A DNA stretch of 64,000 nt from positions 30,623 to 94,622 of the forward strand of contig JACQWR010000013.1 of the NCBI GenBank assembly GCA_016209105.1, written 5' to 3'. Source of the DNA: Deltaproteobacteria bacterium (GTDB taxonomy: Bacteria > Desulfobacterota > Syntrophia > Syntrophales > JACQWR01). Shown here one piece after another: positions 18,742-27,244 of this stretch (position 1 is the stretch's first letter; each line of letters starts with the position of its first letter). The position numbers were made by a program, and so were the translations under genes. The notes beneath the pieces are model-generated. The model was not told the origin of the DNA, did no database searches, and worked only from the letters and a program-made list of their open reading frames with translations.

Positions 18742-21700
18742 ATGAATACTGTTCCGGACAAACCCGTTGGCGCCGTACTGGTGGTAGGCGGCGGCATCGG
18801 CGGCATGCAGGCCTCCCTCGATCTGGCGGAATCGGGCTTTTATGTGTATCTCGTAGACAGCGCGCCGACCATCGGCGGCGTCATGTCGCAACTCGACAAG
18901 ACCTTTCCCACGAACGACTGCGCCATGTGCATCATGTCGCCGAAGCTGGTGGGTACGGGCTCTCACCGGAATATCCGCCTGATCACGAACGCCTCCGTGA
19001 AGGAAATCGTCGGTCCCGCCGGCAATTTCGAGGCCCGGATCACCAGAAAAGCCCGGTATATCCGTCCCGACAAGTGCACCGGCTGCGGAGAATGCGCCAA
19101 ACACTGCCCCGTTATCGCCGGTGATGATTATAACGTGGGAATGAGCAGAAGGTCGGCGGTGTACCTGCGCTATCCCCAGGCCATCCCCAAGGTGTTTCTC
19201 ATCGACCGGGAGGCCTGTATCGGCTGCGGTCTCTGCGAGCGGGTTTGCCTCGCCAACGCCGTGGACTATGCCGATCAGGATACGGAAGAGACCCTGTCCG
19301 TCGGTTCCGTCATCTTGGCGCCCGGCTTCGAGGTATTTGATGCGAGGCGCCGCCCGGAGTTCGGCTATGGCGTCTATCCCAACGTCCTGACGAGTATCGA
19401 GTTTGAGCGGATCCTGAGCGCCACCGGCCCCCATCGGAGTCACCTGCTTCGTCCCTCCGACGGTTCCATCCCCGAAAGGATCGCCTTTATCCAGTGCGTC
19501 GGCTCCCGTGATACGAGCTGCGGCAATGACTACTGTTCTTCCATCTGCTGCATGTACGCGACCAAAGAGGCCATCATCGCCAAAGAGCATGTCCACTTCG
19601 TCAAGCCGACGATCTTCTATATGGATATCAGGGCCTACGGCAAGGGATTCGATGCCTATTATGAACGCGCCAAGGCCGACTATGGCGTCCGGTTCATCAA
19701 GTCCATGGTCTCGAAGGTCAGGGAAGATCCGCGGACCGATAATCTCCTGATTACCTATCTGAATGAGGAGGGGGAGAGGCTCGAAGAGGAATTCGAGCTG
19801 GTGGTTCTTTCCGTCGGCGTGGTTCCCTCGACGTCCGTTCGCGAGATGGCGAAGCGTCTGGACGTGGATGTGGACCGCTTCGGTTTCTGTGAGACGGATA
19901 CCTTCGCTCCCGTCGCCACGTCGAGAGAGGGAATCTACGTCTGCGGCGCCTTCGAGAGTCCCCGGGATATTCCGGAAACCGTTTCCCAGGCCAGCGGCGC
20001 GGTTGCCGCGGCCACGGGCATCATCGCCTCGGCGCGGGGAACCCTGGCGTTAAAAAAAGAATACCCGCCCGAGGATGAGGTCAAGCCGGAAGAGGAACCG
20101 CGGATCGGCGTCTTCGTCTGCCACTGCGGCATCAATATCGGGGGCGTGATCAATGTCCCGTCGGTCAAGGAGTACGCCGGGACGCTGCCCAACGTGGTCC
20201 ACGTGGATGAGAACCTCTACACCTGCTCGCAGGACACGCAGGAAAAGATAAAAAATGCCGTCAAGGAACGGGGCTTGAACCGGGTCATCGTCGCCTCCTG
20301 TTCCCCGCGAACCCATGAGCCCATGTTCCGGGAAACCATCCGGGATGCCGGGCTGAATAAGTTTCTCTTCGAGATGGCCAATATCCGCGACCAATGCTCC
20401 TGGGTGCACATGCGGCAGAAGGCGGAGGCAACGGAGAAGGCCAAGAAGCTTGTCCGGATGGCCGTGGGCAATGTGCGCTTGAACCAGGCATTGACGGAGA
20501 CATCCGTGCCGGTGGTCCAGCGGGGCCTGGTAATCGGCGGCGGCGTTGCGGGCATGACGGCCGCCCTCCAGCTTGCTGAACAGGGGTTTGAAGTGTTTCT
20601 GGTGGAAAAGGAAAGCCGGCTGGGAGGCAACCTCTGGAACCTCCATTATACTCTCGACGGCAAAGACATCGAGGCCTTCCTCCTCGATTTGATTGCGAAG
20701 GTCTCAAACAATCCGCTGATCCGGGTGCTGCTGAACAGCCTGATTGTGGATTTTACCGGTGTCCGGGGAAACTTCACCACCGGTGTCATGACGGCGCCTG
20801 CCATGTACTATCAGAAGATCGAGCACGGCATCACCGTCATGGCAACGGGCGCCGAAGAGGAGAAGCCGCATGAATACGGTTACGGCGAGGACGAGCGCGT
20901 CCTGACGCAGCTTGAACTGGAAGGCCGTATCGCGGGGGCGGATACGGGGATAAGTGGGATCAAAGAAGTGGTCATGATCCAGTGCGTGGGTTCCCGGAAT
21001 GAGCAGCACCCCTCCTGCAGCCGCACCTGCTGCGCCACGGCCATCAAGAACGCGCTCAAGCTCAAAGAACTGAACCCTGCGATCCGCATTCACATTCTCT
21101 ATCGTGATATCCGCACCTACGGCCTGATGGAGCCGTACTATGCCCGGGCGCGCAAGGAAGGCATCCTGTTTGTCCGCTATGAGCCGGCGGAAGGTCCTGA
21201 AGTAACGGTGAACGAAAACAAGCTCTCGGTATCCTATGACGATAAAATGTTAAAGGAACGGATCACCATTACCCCTGATCTTCTCGTTCTGTCATCGGCA
21301 ACCGTCCCGCGGGAAAACAAGGAACTTGCCAATCTCTTGAAGGTGCCCCGGACGGCAGAAGGCTTCTTCCTCGAGGCTCACATGAAGCTGCGCCCCGTGG
21401 ATTTCGCCAGTGACGGCATCTACCTTTGCGGGGGCGCCCATGCCCCGAAATTGATCAGTGAGACCATATCCCAGGCAGGCGCCGCAGTGGCGAGGGCCTG
21501 CACCATCCTTTCGAAGGAAAACCTCTCCGTTGGCGGGGTCGTGGCCGTGGTTACGGGTGAGCAATGCGCCGCCTGTCTTACCTGTGTGCGGGTATGCCCC
21601 TACGATGTGCCGGTTATCAATATCCGGGGAGAGGCGGAGATAGATATCATCAAGTGCAAAGGATGCGGCACCTGTGCGGCGGAATGCCCGGCCCGGGCGA

Positions 21701-21774
21701 TAGATTTGATGCATTTTCGCGGCAGTCAACTCGAGGCGAAGATCGGAGCCTTGATCAGCGCGCAGGTTAGTTAG
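18742..21774 (+). CDS. hdrA: Double-length HdrA-like heterodisulfide reductase subunit A flavoprotein (no NfnB-like insert)
   Basis: 1010 aa. LVVGGGIGGMQASLDLA, FPTNDCAMCI, CTGCGECAKHCP, CIGCGLCERVC, GVFVCHCGINIGG, LVIGGGVAGMTAAL, CAACLTCVRVCP, CKGCGTCAAECP. RBS GAGGA. Confidence 0.88.
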   Translation: MNTVPDKPVGAVLVVGGGIGGMQASLDLAESGFYVYLVDSAPTIGGVMSQLDKTFPTNDCAMCIMSPKLVGTGSHRNIRLITNASVKEIVGPAGNFEARITRKARYIRPDKCTGCGECAKHCPVIAGDDYNVGMSRRSAVYLRYPQAIPKVFLIDREACIGCGLCERVCLANAVDYADQDTEETLSVGSVILAPGFEVFDARRRPEFGYGVYPNVLTSIEFERILSATGPHRSHLLRPSDGSIPERIAFIQCVGSRDTSCGNDYCSSICCMYATKEAIIAKEHVHFVKPTIFYMDIRAYGKGFDAYYERAKADYGVRFIKSMVSKVREDPRTDNLLITYLNEEGERLEEEFELVVLSVGVVPSTSVREMAKRLDVDVDRFGFCETDTFAPVATSREGIYVCGAFESPRDIPETVSQASGAVAAATGIIASARGTLALKKEYPPEDEVKPEEEPRIGVFVCHCGINIGGVINVPSVKEYAGTLPNVVHVDENLYTCSQDTQEKIKNAVKERGLNRVIVASCSPRTHEPMFRETIRDAGLNKFLFEMANIRDQCSWVHMRQKAEATEKAKKLVRMAVGNVRLNQALTETSVPVVQRGLVIGGGVAGMTAALQLAEQGFEVFLVEKESRLGGNLWNLHYTLDGKDIEAFLLDLIAKVSNNPLIRVLLNSLIVDFTGVRGNFTTGVMTAPAMYYQKIEHGITVMATGAEEEKPHEYGYGEDERVLTQLELEGRIAGADTGISGIKEVVMIQCVGSRNEQHPSCSRTCCATAIKNALKLKELNPAIRIHILYRDIRTYGLMEPYYARARKEGILFVRYEPAEGPEVTVNENKLSVSYDDKMLKERITITPDLLVLSSATVPRENKELANLLKVPRTAEGFFLEAHMKLRPVDFASDGIYLCGGAHAPKLISETISQAGAAVARACTILSKENLSVGGVVAVVTGEQCAACLTCVRVCPYDVPVINIRGEAEIDIIKCKGCGTCAAECPARAIDLMHFRGSQLEAKIGALISAQVS

Positions 21775-21820
21775 CAGGAAACCAATATAGTCTTTTATTA
21801 CATTTGGCATTGGTATTACT

Positions 21821-23548
21821 ATGAAATTACAAGCAATTTCTGTTTCGCAATATAGAAGCATCTCTTCTGCTAAACGAATTCGTCTAGAACGTTCAACTAT
21901 TTTAATTGGACCGAATAATGAAGGTAAATCAAACATTCTTCGTGGATTAGTTCTTGCGATGACAGTTTTGACTAGAGGTCGTCACCGCATGATGTTGAGG
22001 GACCGATTTCGGGCAACTTATAATGCACTTGGATACAATTGGGAGAAGGATTATCCTATTAATCTTCAAAAAAAGAACCCGAACGGGGAGACAGAAATAG
22101 TCCTAGAATTTGCGCTTGAGAATGAAGAATATGAAGAATTTTATAGGGAGGTCAAGAGTAGAATAACTGGGAGTTTGCCGATTCGAATAGGAATTGGCAA
22201 GAATGATGTATCAATTAAATTCAATAAAAAAGGCAAAGGCTCTGCAGCATTATCTAAGAAGTCTGCTGTAATTGCTGATTTCGTTTCCAGTAGAATTGAG
22301 TTTGAGCATATACCGGCTGTGCGAACCGCCCAATCTGCACAAAATATTGTATCAGATCTCGTTAGTCGTGAATTATATGGATTAGAAAATAATCCTGATT
22401 ATAAATTAGCGTTACAAAAAATTGAGGAACTTCAAACGCCGATTTTAAAAACGCTTTCAGATAGTATATTTAATACACTCAAACAATTTTTACCTCAGGT
22501 TAAAAAGGTAAAAATAGAATTACCACAATCAGAGAGGATTCAGGCATTTCGTAGAGGCACCGAAATTTCGGTTGATGATGGAACGATGACACCTTTGCAG
22601 TACAAAGGTGATGGAGTGCAAAGTTTAGCGGCCTTAGGAATAATTCGCCATGCATCTGATAAATCCGCAAAAGGCAAGAAGTTTGTTATTGCTATAGAGG
22701 AGCCAGAATCTCATCTACATCCCAATGCGATCCATGAACTAAAGGAAGTCATCGATGGGCTCAGTGAGAAACATCAAATTATTATTACATCACATAACCC
22801 ACTATTTGTGGATAGGCGGATTATATCCAACAATATAATTGTTAATGATCGCAAAGCAAAGCCAGCCAAGAATGTTGAAGAAATAAGAAAGATATTAGGT
22901 GTTCGTGCATCTGACAATCTTAGAAATGCCGAGATGGTCTTGGTGGTCGAGGGCGAAGATGACATTATTAGCCTAAAAGCTATTATTCAAGAATATTCTG
23001 GATATTTGAAGGACGCTATTAAAAATGGATCACTTGCTTTCGATTCATTGAATGGCGGCACAAACCTGTCATATAAAATATCCTTACTCCGCGATGCAAT
23101 TTGTCTGTACCATGTATTCATAGACGATGATCGCTGCGGAAGGGAATCCTATAAGAAAGCTAAAGATAGTGGCTTGCTTGAAGATGGCCAGATTAATTTT
23201 GCAAAAGCTCACGGTAGGAACGAAAGCGAAATCGAAGATTTGTTTAATCCAGATGTGTATAAGGCAGCAATCGAAAATAAATATCGTATTAAACTTTCAA
23301 TTCCCAAATTTCGGGGGAATAAGAAGTGGTCCGAAAGAGTGAAAGATGTTTTTGGTGCGCATGGTAAACCTTGGGATGATTCCATTGAGAAAGATTTAAA
23401 GTATATAGTTGCCAAGCTAGTTTCATCAAATCCACAGGACGTGATAAATAACCATGACAAAATGATCATTGATTCACTTATAATGGCATTGGAAGGCAGA
23501 TTAAAGGAAAGGGCAGAGGCCCAACGAGCCGCTTCAGTGGATGACTGA
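21821..23548 (+). CDS. OLD-family nuclease (N-terminal ABC-like ATPase + C-terminal TOPRIM), orphan / class-1-like
   Basis: 575 aa. Walker A GPNNEGKSN, signature-like YKGDGVQSL, Walker B FVIAIEEPESHLHP, SHNPLF. TOPRIM MVLVVEGEDDIISLK and VFIDDDRCG. AT-rich: sampled 60-nt lines give 28-37% G+C. No adjacent helicase gene. Confidence 0.8.
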   Translation: MKLQAISVSQYRSISSAKRIRLERSTILIGPNNEGKSNILRGLVLAMTVLTRGRHRMMLRDRFRATYNALGYNWEKDYPINLQKKNPNGETEIVLEFALENEEYEEFYREVKSRITGSLPIRIGIGKNDVSIKFNKKGKGSAALSKKSAVIADFVSSRIEFEHIPAVRTAQSAQNIVSDLVSRELYGLENNPDYKLALQKIEELQTPILKTLSDSIFNTLKQFLPQVKKVKIELPQSERIQAFRRGTEISVDDGTMTPLQYKGDGVQSLAALGIIRHASDKSAKGKKFVIAIEEPESHLHPNAIHELKEVIDGLSEKHQIIITSHNPLFVDRRIISNNIIVNDRKAKPAKNVEEIRKILGVRASDNLRNAEMVLVVEGEDDIISLKAIIQEYSGYLKDAIKNGSLAFDSLNGGTNLSYKISLLRDAICLYHVFIDDDRCGRESYKKAKDSGLLEDGQINFAKAHGRNESEIEDLFNPDVYKAAIENKYRIKLSIPKFRGNKKWSERVKDVFGAHGKPWDDSIEKDLKYIVAKLVSSNPQDVINNHDKMIIDSLIMALEGRLKERAEAQRAASVDD

Positions 23549-23694
23549 CGTTGCCCTTAAGCTTATTGTTCACTGCTTTTTATCGGTAATCTGCGTTTCT
23601 AATTGTACCTTGGCAGTCAACAGTGCTAGGTGAACGAGAGAAAAGTACGCAAGAACCGGATGAAACGGGTATAATCACAGGGAGGATAGCAAAT

Positions 23695-24132
23695 ATGGCG
23701 GACAGTGCAGGGAACGGATTTGAGCCTGAGGTTATTGCAATCTGCTGTGAGCATTGAGCTTACAGCGCTGCGGACCTGGCAGGTTCGATGAGACTGAGTT
23801 ATCCCAGTAATGTGAAGGTGGTGAAAGTACCCTGCACCGGCCGTGTGGATATTTTGTTGATCTTGCACGCCTTTGAAAATGGGGTGGACGGCGTTTACCT
23901 GGCCGGATGCCTGGAGGGCGAGTGCCATTTTTTGAAGGGAAACCTGCGGGCAAAAAAGCGGGTGCAGTATGTGAAAGGTTTGCTGGAAGAGGTCGGCATA
24001 GGCGGTGAACGGGTGGAGATGTTTAACATGAGCGCATCCCAGGGTCAGCGGTTTGCACAGTGTGCGCAGGAAATGACGGAACGCGTGCGTTCGTTGGGAC
24101 CGTCGCCGGTAAAGGGAGGTTCAAAAAAATGA
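23695..24132 (+). CDS. mvhD: MvhD/FlpD-like protein, predicted selenoprotein (in-frame UGA at 23755-23757)
   Basis: RBS GGAGGA (23681-23686) lies 8 nt before ATG 23695. Read-through gives MADSAGNGFEPEVIAICCEH-U-AYSAADLAGSMRLSYPSNVKVVKVPCTGRVD. This aligns with paralog 1, FEPKILTFLCNWCAYAGADLAG...VMCSGRID, with U opposite the second Cys. The track ORF 23788..24132 is the in-frame continuation and would lack the Cys motif. Confidence 0.75.
23755..23757 (+). other. Putative selenocysteine (UGA) recoding site in mvhD copy 2
   Basis: The TGA is in frame between ATG 23695 and ATG 23788. It aligns with Cys of CNWCAY in the paralog at 17969. I could not confidently fold a SECIS hairpin by eye. Confidence 0.65.
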
Positions 24133-24797
24133 TCGTAGGTAATCGCAAGGAATTTCAGGAGATCGTGGGGATGCTGGGCTCCAACAGGCGGGTGCTTCTG
24201 TTGGGGTGCAATGAGTGCGTGACGGTTTGCGGCGTGGGCGGCGAGAAGGAAGTAGGGGTGCTCGCATCGGAATTGCGCATTCACTGGAAGACAGCCGGGG
24301 AGACCTTCGAGGTCAAAGAGCATACGCTGGAGCGGCAGTGTGATTACGAGTACATAGATCAGGTGCGCGGTTTTGTCGGCGATTATGACGTCATTTTATC
24401 GATGGCCTGCGGGGCTGGGGTTCAATATGTCGCGGAGGCCTATAAGACAAAACTGGTGATGCCGGCGGTGAATACGACCTTTCTGGGAGTCACCCTGGAG
24501 CAGGGGGTATGGAGTGAGCGCTGCCAGGGCTGCGGCGCCTGCATCCTCGATATGACGGGGGGAGTCTGTCCCATCGCACGCTGCGCGAAGAGTCTCATGA
24601 ACGGCCCCTGCGGCGGTTCGTCGGGAGGGAAGTGCGAGGTGGACAAGGAGGTGGATTGCGGCTGGCAGTTGATAATTGACCGTCTCACGGAGCTTGGACA
24701 GTTGGATCGTTACGAAGATATCATACCGGTAAAGGATTGGCGCAGCAGCCGCGAAGCAGGTCCGCGCAAGAGAATAAGGGAGGATTTGAGACTGTGA
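24129..24797 (+). CDS. metV: MetV small subunit of MetVF-type methylene-THF reductase, copy 2
   Basis: LGCNECVTVCGVGG, MACGAGVQ, CQGCGACIL and CPIARCAKSLMNGPCGG. ATG 24129 overlaps the mvhD stop (ATGA), so the ORF 24060 extension was rejected. Confidence 0.82.
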   Translation: MIVGNRKEFQEIVGMLGSNRRVLLLGCNECVTVCGVGGEKEVGVLASELRIHWKTAGETFEVKEHTLERQCDYEYIDQVRGFVGDYDVILSMACGAGVQYVAEAYKTKLVMPAVNTTFLGVTLEQGVWSERCQGCGACILDMTGGVCPIARCAKSLMNGPCGGSSGGKCEVDKEVDCGWQLIIDRLTELGQLDRYEDIIPVKDWRSSREAGPRKRIREDLRL

Positions 24798-25717
24798 AGA
24801 CGAATTCAAAAATAGAGAAGATATGGGACTCCGGTGGGTTCATCGTCACGTCGGAATGCGGCCCCCCGCGTGGGGCGGACGCTGAGATTGTTCGTAAAAA
24901 GGGAGAGTATTTACGGGGTGTGGTAGATGGCGTGAACGTCACGGACAATCAGACCTCGGTGGTGCGCATGTCTTCCCTTTCCGCCTGTGCGATATTGAAG
25001 GGTATGGGCCTGGAGCCCATTTTACAGATGGTCTGCCGCGACCGGAACCGGATCGCCTTGCAGAGCGACATTTTGGGCGCCGCCGCCCTGGGGATAAACA
25101 ACATGCTCTGTTTATCCGGCGATCATCAAAAGTTCGGCGATCATCCCCAGGGCAAGAATGTCTATGATATTGATTCCATGCAGTTGATACAGACGGTCCG
25201 TCAGATGCGTGATGAGGGAAAATTTCTGGGCGGCGACGAGATAAAGGGAAAGCCGGTGATCTTTATCGGCGCGGCGGAAAATCCCTTTGCCGATCCCTTC
25301 GAGATACGGGCGGCCAGGCTGGGAAAAAAGGTAAAGTCGGGTTGCCAGTTTATTCAGACGCAATGCATCTATAATTTAGAGAAGTTCAGCCGCTGGATGC
25401 AGATGGTCTGCGACCGCGGCTTGCATGAGAAGTGCGCCATTCTGGCCGGGGTAACGCCGATGAAATCGGCGGGCATGGCGAATTATATGAAAAAAAATGT
25501 TCCCGGAATGGATGTCCCTGACGCCCTGATTGAACGAATGAAAGGGACGCCCAAAGAGAAGCAGGCGGAAGAGGGGATCAATATCTGTGTAGAGTCCATA
25601 CAGCAGTTGAGGGAAATGCCGGGTGTGCGGGGCATTCACATCATGGCGATAGAATGGGAAGAGAAGGTAGCGGAAATCGTCAAAGCTGCCGGATTATTTC
25701 CGAGACCGGAAGTGTAA
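24794..25717 (+). CDS. metF: Methylenetetrahydrofolate reductase MetF, copy 2
   Basis: TSECGPP, NVTDNQTSVVRM, CRDRNR, LCLSGDH and FIQTQCIYN. GTG 24794 overlaps the metV stop (GTGA) and follows GGGAGGA. 307 aa, like copy 1. Confidence 0.87.
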   Translation: MKTNSKIEKIWDSGGFIVTSECGPPRGADAEIVRKKGEYLRGVVDGVNVTDNQTSVVRMSSLSACAILKGMGLEPILQMVCRDRNRIALQSDILGAAALGINNMLCLSGDHQKFGDHPQGKNVYDIDSMQLIQTVRQMRDEGKFLGGDEIKGKPVIFIGAAENPFADPFEIRAARLGKKVKSGCQFIQTQCIYNLEKFSRWMQMVCDRGLHEKCAILAGVTPMKSAGMANYMKKNVPGMDVPDALIERMKGTPKEKQAEEGINICVESIQQLREMPGVRGIHIMAIEWEEKVAEIVKAAGLFPRPEV

Positions 25718-25795
25718 CAACAAAATGCCGCAGTGAGAATGCAGAATACAGAATAGAAAGTGTTTCTTACGTCCTTTTGTGAAAAGGAGCTGCCG

Positions 25796-27232
25796 ATGAA
25801 TTTAGCAATAAGTTCCGATCTGGCCAGTCAGATCCGCAGGCAGTGCGGTGAAAACGTCTTCTTGTGTTATCAGTGCCAGAAGTGCTCCTCCGGGTGTCCT
25901 GTCGCCGAATATTTCGACCTTGCCCCCAACCAGCTTATGCGTGCCCTTCAACTGGGACAGAAAGACATGGTTCTGAAGTCAAGGACCTTATGGCTTTGCG
26001 CCATGTGCGAGACCTGCGCCGTTCGGTGTCCTCATGACATAAATATCACCAGGATCATGGATGTCCTCAAGATCATGGCCCAGCAGGAAGGACTCTCTTC
26101 GCCCCTTCCCTCCGCGGTGCTGTTGAATCAAGCTGCCATGAGAGGCATCCGCCTCTTCGGGCGGATGTATGAAGCAGGCCTCATGGGTGAAATCTATTTC
26201 CGTCAGATGCTCTCAGGCACGCTCGACTTCCGCCGGCTCCTTCGAATAGATCTTCCCTTGGCGTCAAAAATGATCCGGAAAAGGAAACTGAAGCTCCTTC
26301 CGTCCTTCGGGAAGACCGCCTTATCGAAGAAAAACACGAAACAAGGAGAAGGGATCGCCTATTACCCCGGCTGCAGCCTCCACGGCACATCGAGTGAATA
26401 CGATCTTTCCACCCGCGCGGTACTTTCCCGGCTGGGCGTTACGCTTCAGGAACCACAGAGCTGGAACTGCTGCGGAAGCACCCCCGCCCACTCAACGGAT
26501 CACTATCTTTCCGTACTGCTTCCCCTGAGGACCCTGCAGACCATTGATAAGGCGGGATTCGACACCCTAACCACACCGTGTCCTTCCTGTTTTATTCGCC
26601 TGAGAACAGCGCAGAGAGAATGTCGGGATGAAGGGATCAAACAGCGGCTTCAAGCCGAAGTAGGAGAACTCCCCTCAGCGGATTTGAAGATTGAACATCT
26701 CCTGCAGACCGTCTCGGAAAGGATCGGATACGAGAAGGTAAGGGAAGCTGTCGTTCGTCCCCTCAGGGGATTAAAGGTAGTCTGCTACTATGGCTGCATC
26801 ATCACCAGGCCTCCGAAAATTACCGGGGTTCAGGATTATGAATATCCTACCGCCATGGAACGGATAATGAAAACAGTGGGCGCTACTCCTCTTGACTGGT
26901 CGTACAAAACCCGCTGTTGCGGTGCAACCCTCAGTATTTCAAAACCGGCAATCGCTCTTAACCTTACCGGGAAAATCCTCCAAAACGCAAAAAACGTGGG
27001 CGCCGACGCCATTGTTGTAGCCTGTCCGCTGTGCCAAATAAACCTCGATGTCCGTCAGCAACAGATCAGCGAAGAGGGGGGAAAGCCGTTTTCTATCCCT
27101 ATTATGTATTTTACCCAGTTGATGGGACTGGCTTTCGACATGAGTGCTTCAGAACTGGGACTTGGAAAACATTTTGTCGATGCCGGGACCATAGTCGCTC
27201 AAAGCGCACCTGCTCAATTCTCATGCCCTTAA
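25796..27232 (+). CDS. Fused HdrC-HdrB-like protein
   Basis: The N-terminal part has CYQCQKCSSGCPV and CAMCETCAVRCPHDIN. The C-terminal part has YYPGCSLHG, WNCCGSTPAH and KTRCCGATL. ATG 25796 follows AAAGGAG. Confidence 0.85.
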   Translation: MNLAISSDLASQIRRQCGENVFLCYQCQKCSSGCPVAEYFDLAPNQLMRALQLGQKDMVLKSRTLWLCAMCETCAVRCPHDINITRIMDVLKIMAQQEGLSSPLPSAVLLNQAAMRGIRLFGRMYEAGLMGEIYFRQMLSGTLDFRRLLRIDLPLASKMIRKRKLKLLPSFGKTALSKKNTKQGEGIAYYPGCSLHGTSSEYDLSTRAVLSRLGVTLQEPQSWNCCGSTPAHSTDHYLSVLLPLRTLQTIDKAGFDTLTTPCPSCFIRLRTAQRECRDEGIKQRLQAEVGELPSADLKIEHLLQTVSERIGYEKVREAVVRPLRGLKVVCYYGCIITRPPKITGVQDYEYPTAMERIMKTVGATPLDWSYKTRCCGATLSISKPAIALNLTGKILQNAKNVGADAIVVACPLCQINLDVRQQQISEEGGKPFSIPIMYFTQLMGLAFDMSASELGLGKHFVDAGTIVAQSAPAQFSCP

Positions 27233-27244
27233 GGAGGCATTCCT

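Noticed and set aside
21804-21820. A sigma54-like TGGCAT-N5-TTAC just upstream of the OLD gene, and TGGCAG...GTGC at about 23621-23637.
   Set aside because: - The first lacks the essential GC of the -12 element (TTAC instead of TTGC).
- The second has GG-to-GC spacing one nt longer than the strict consensus.
- Neither is supported by an adjacent enhancer-binding protein gene.
23758-23820. An attempt to identify a SECIS hairpin downstream of the mvhD UGA. Candidates were CTGC-GGACCTG-GCAG at about 23768-23782 and ACTGAG-TTAT-CCCAGT at about 23792-23807.
   Set aside because: - Both stems are short (4-6 bp) with mismatches and have no clear bulged-U or GU apical features.
- I do not claim a SECIS. 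The selenocysteine call rests on the alignment and RBS evidence and needs computational folding.
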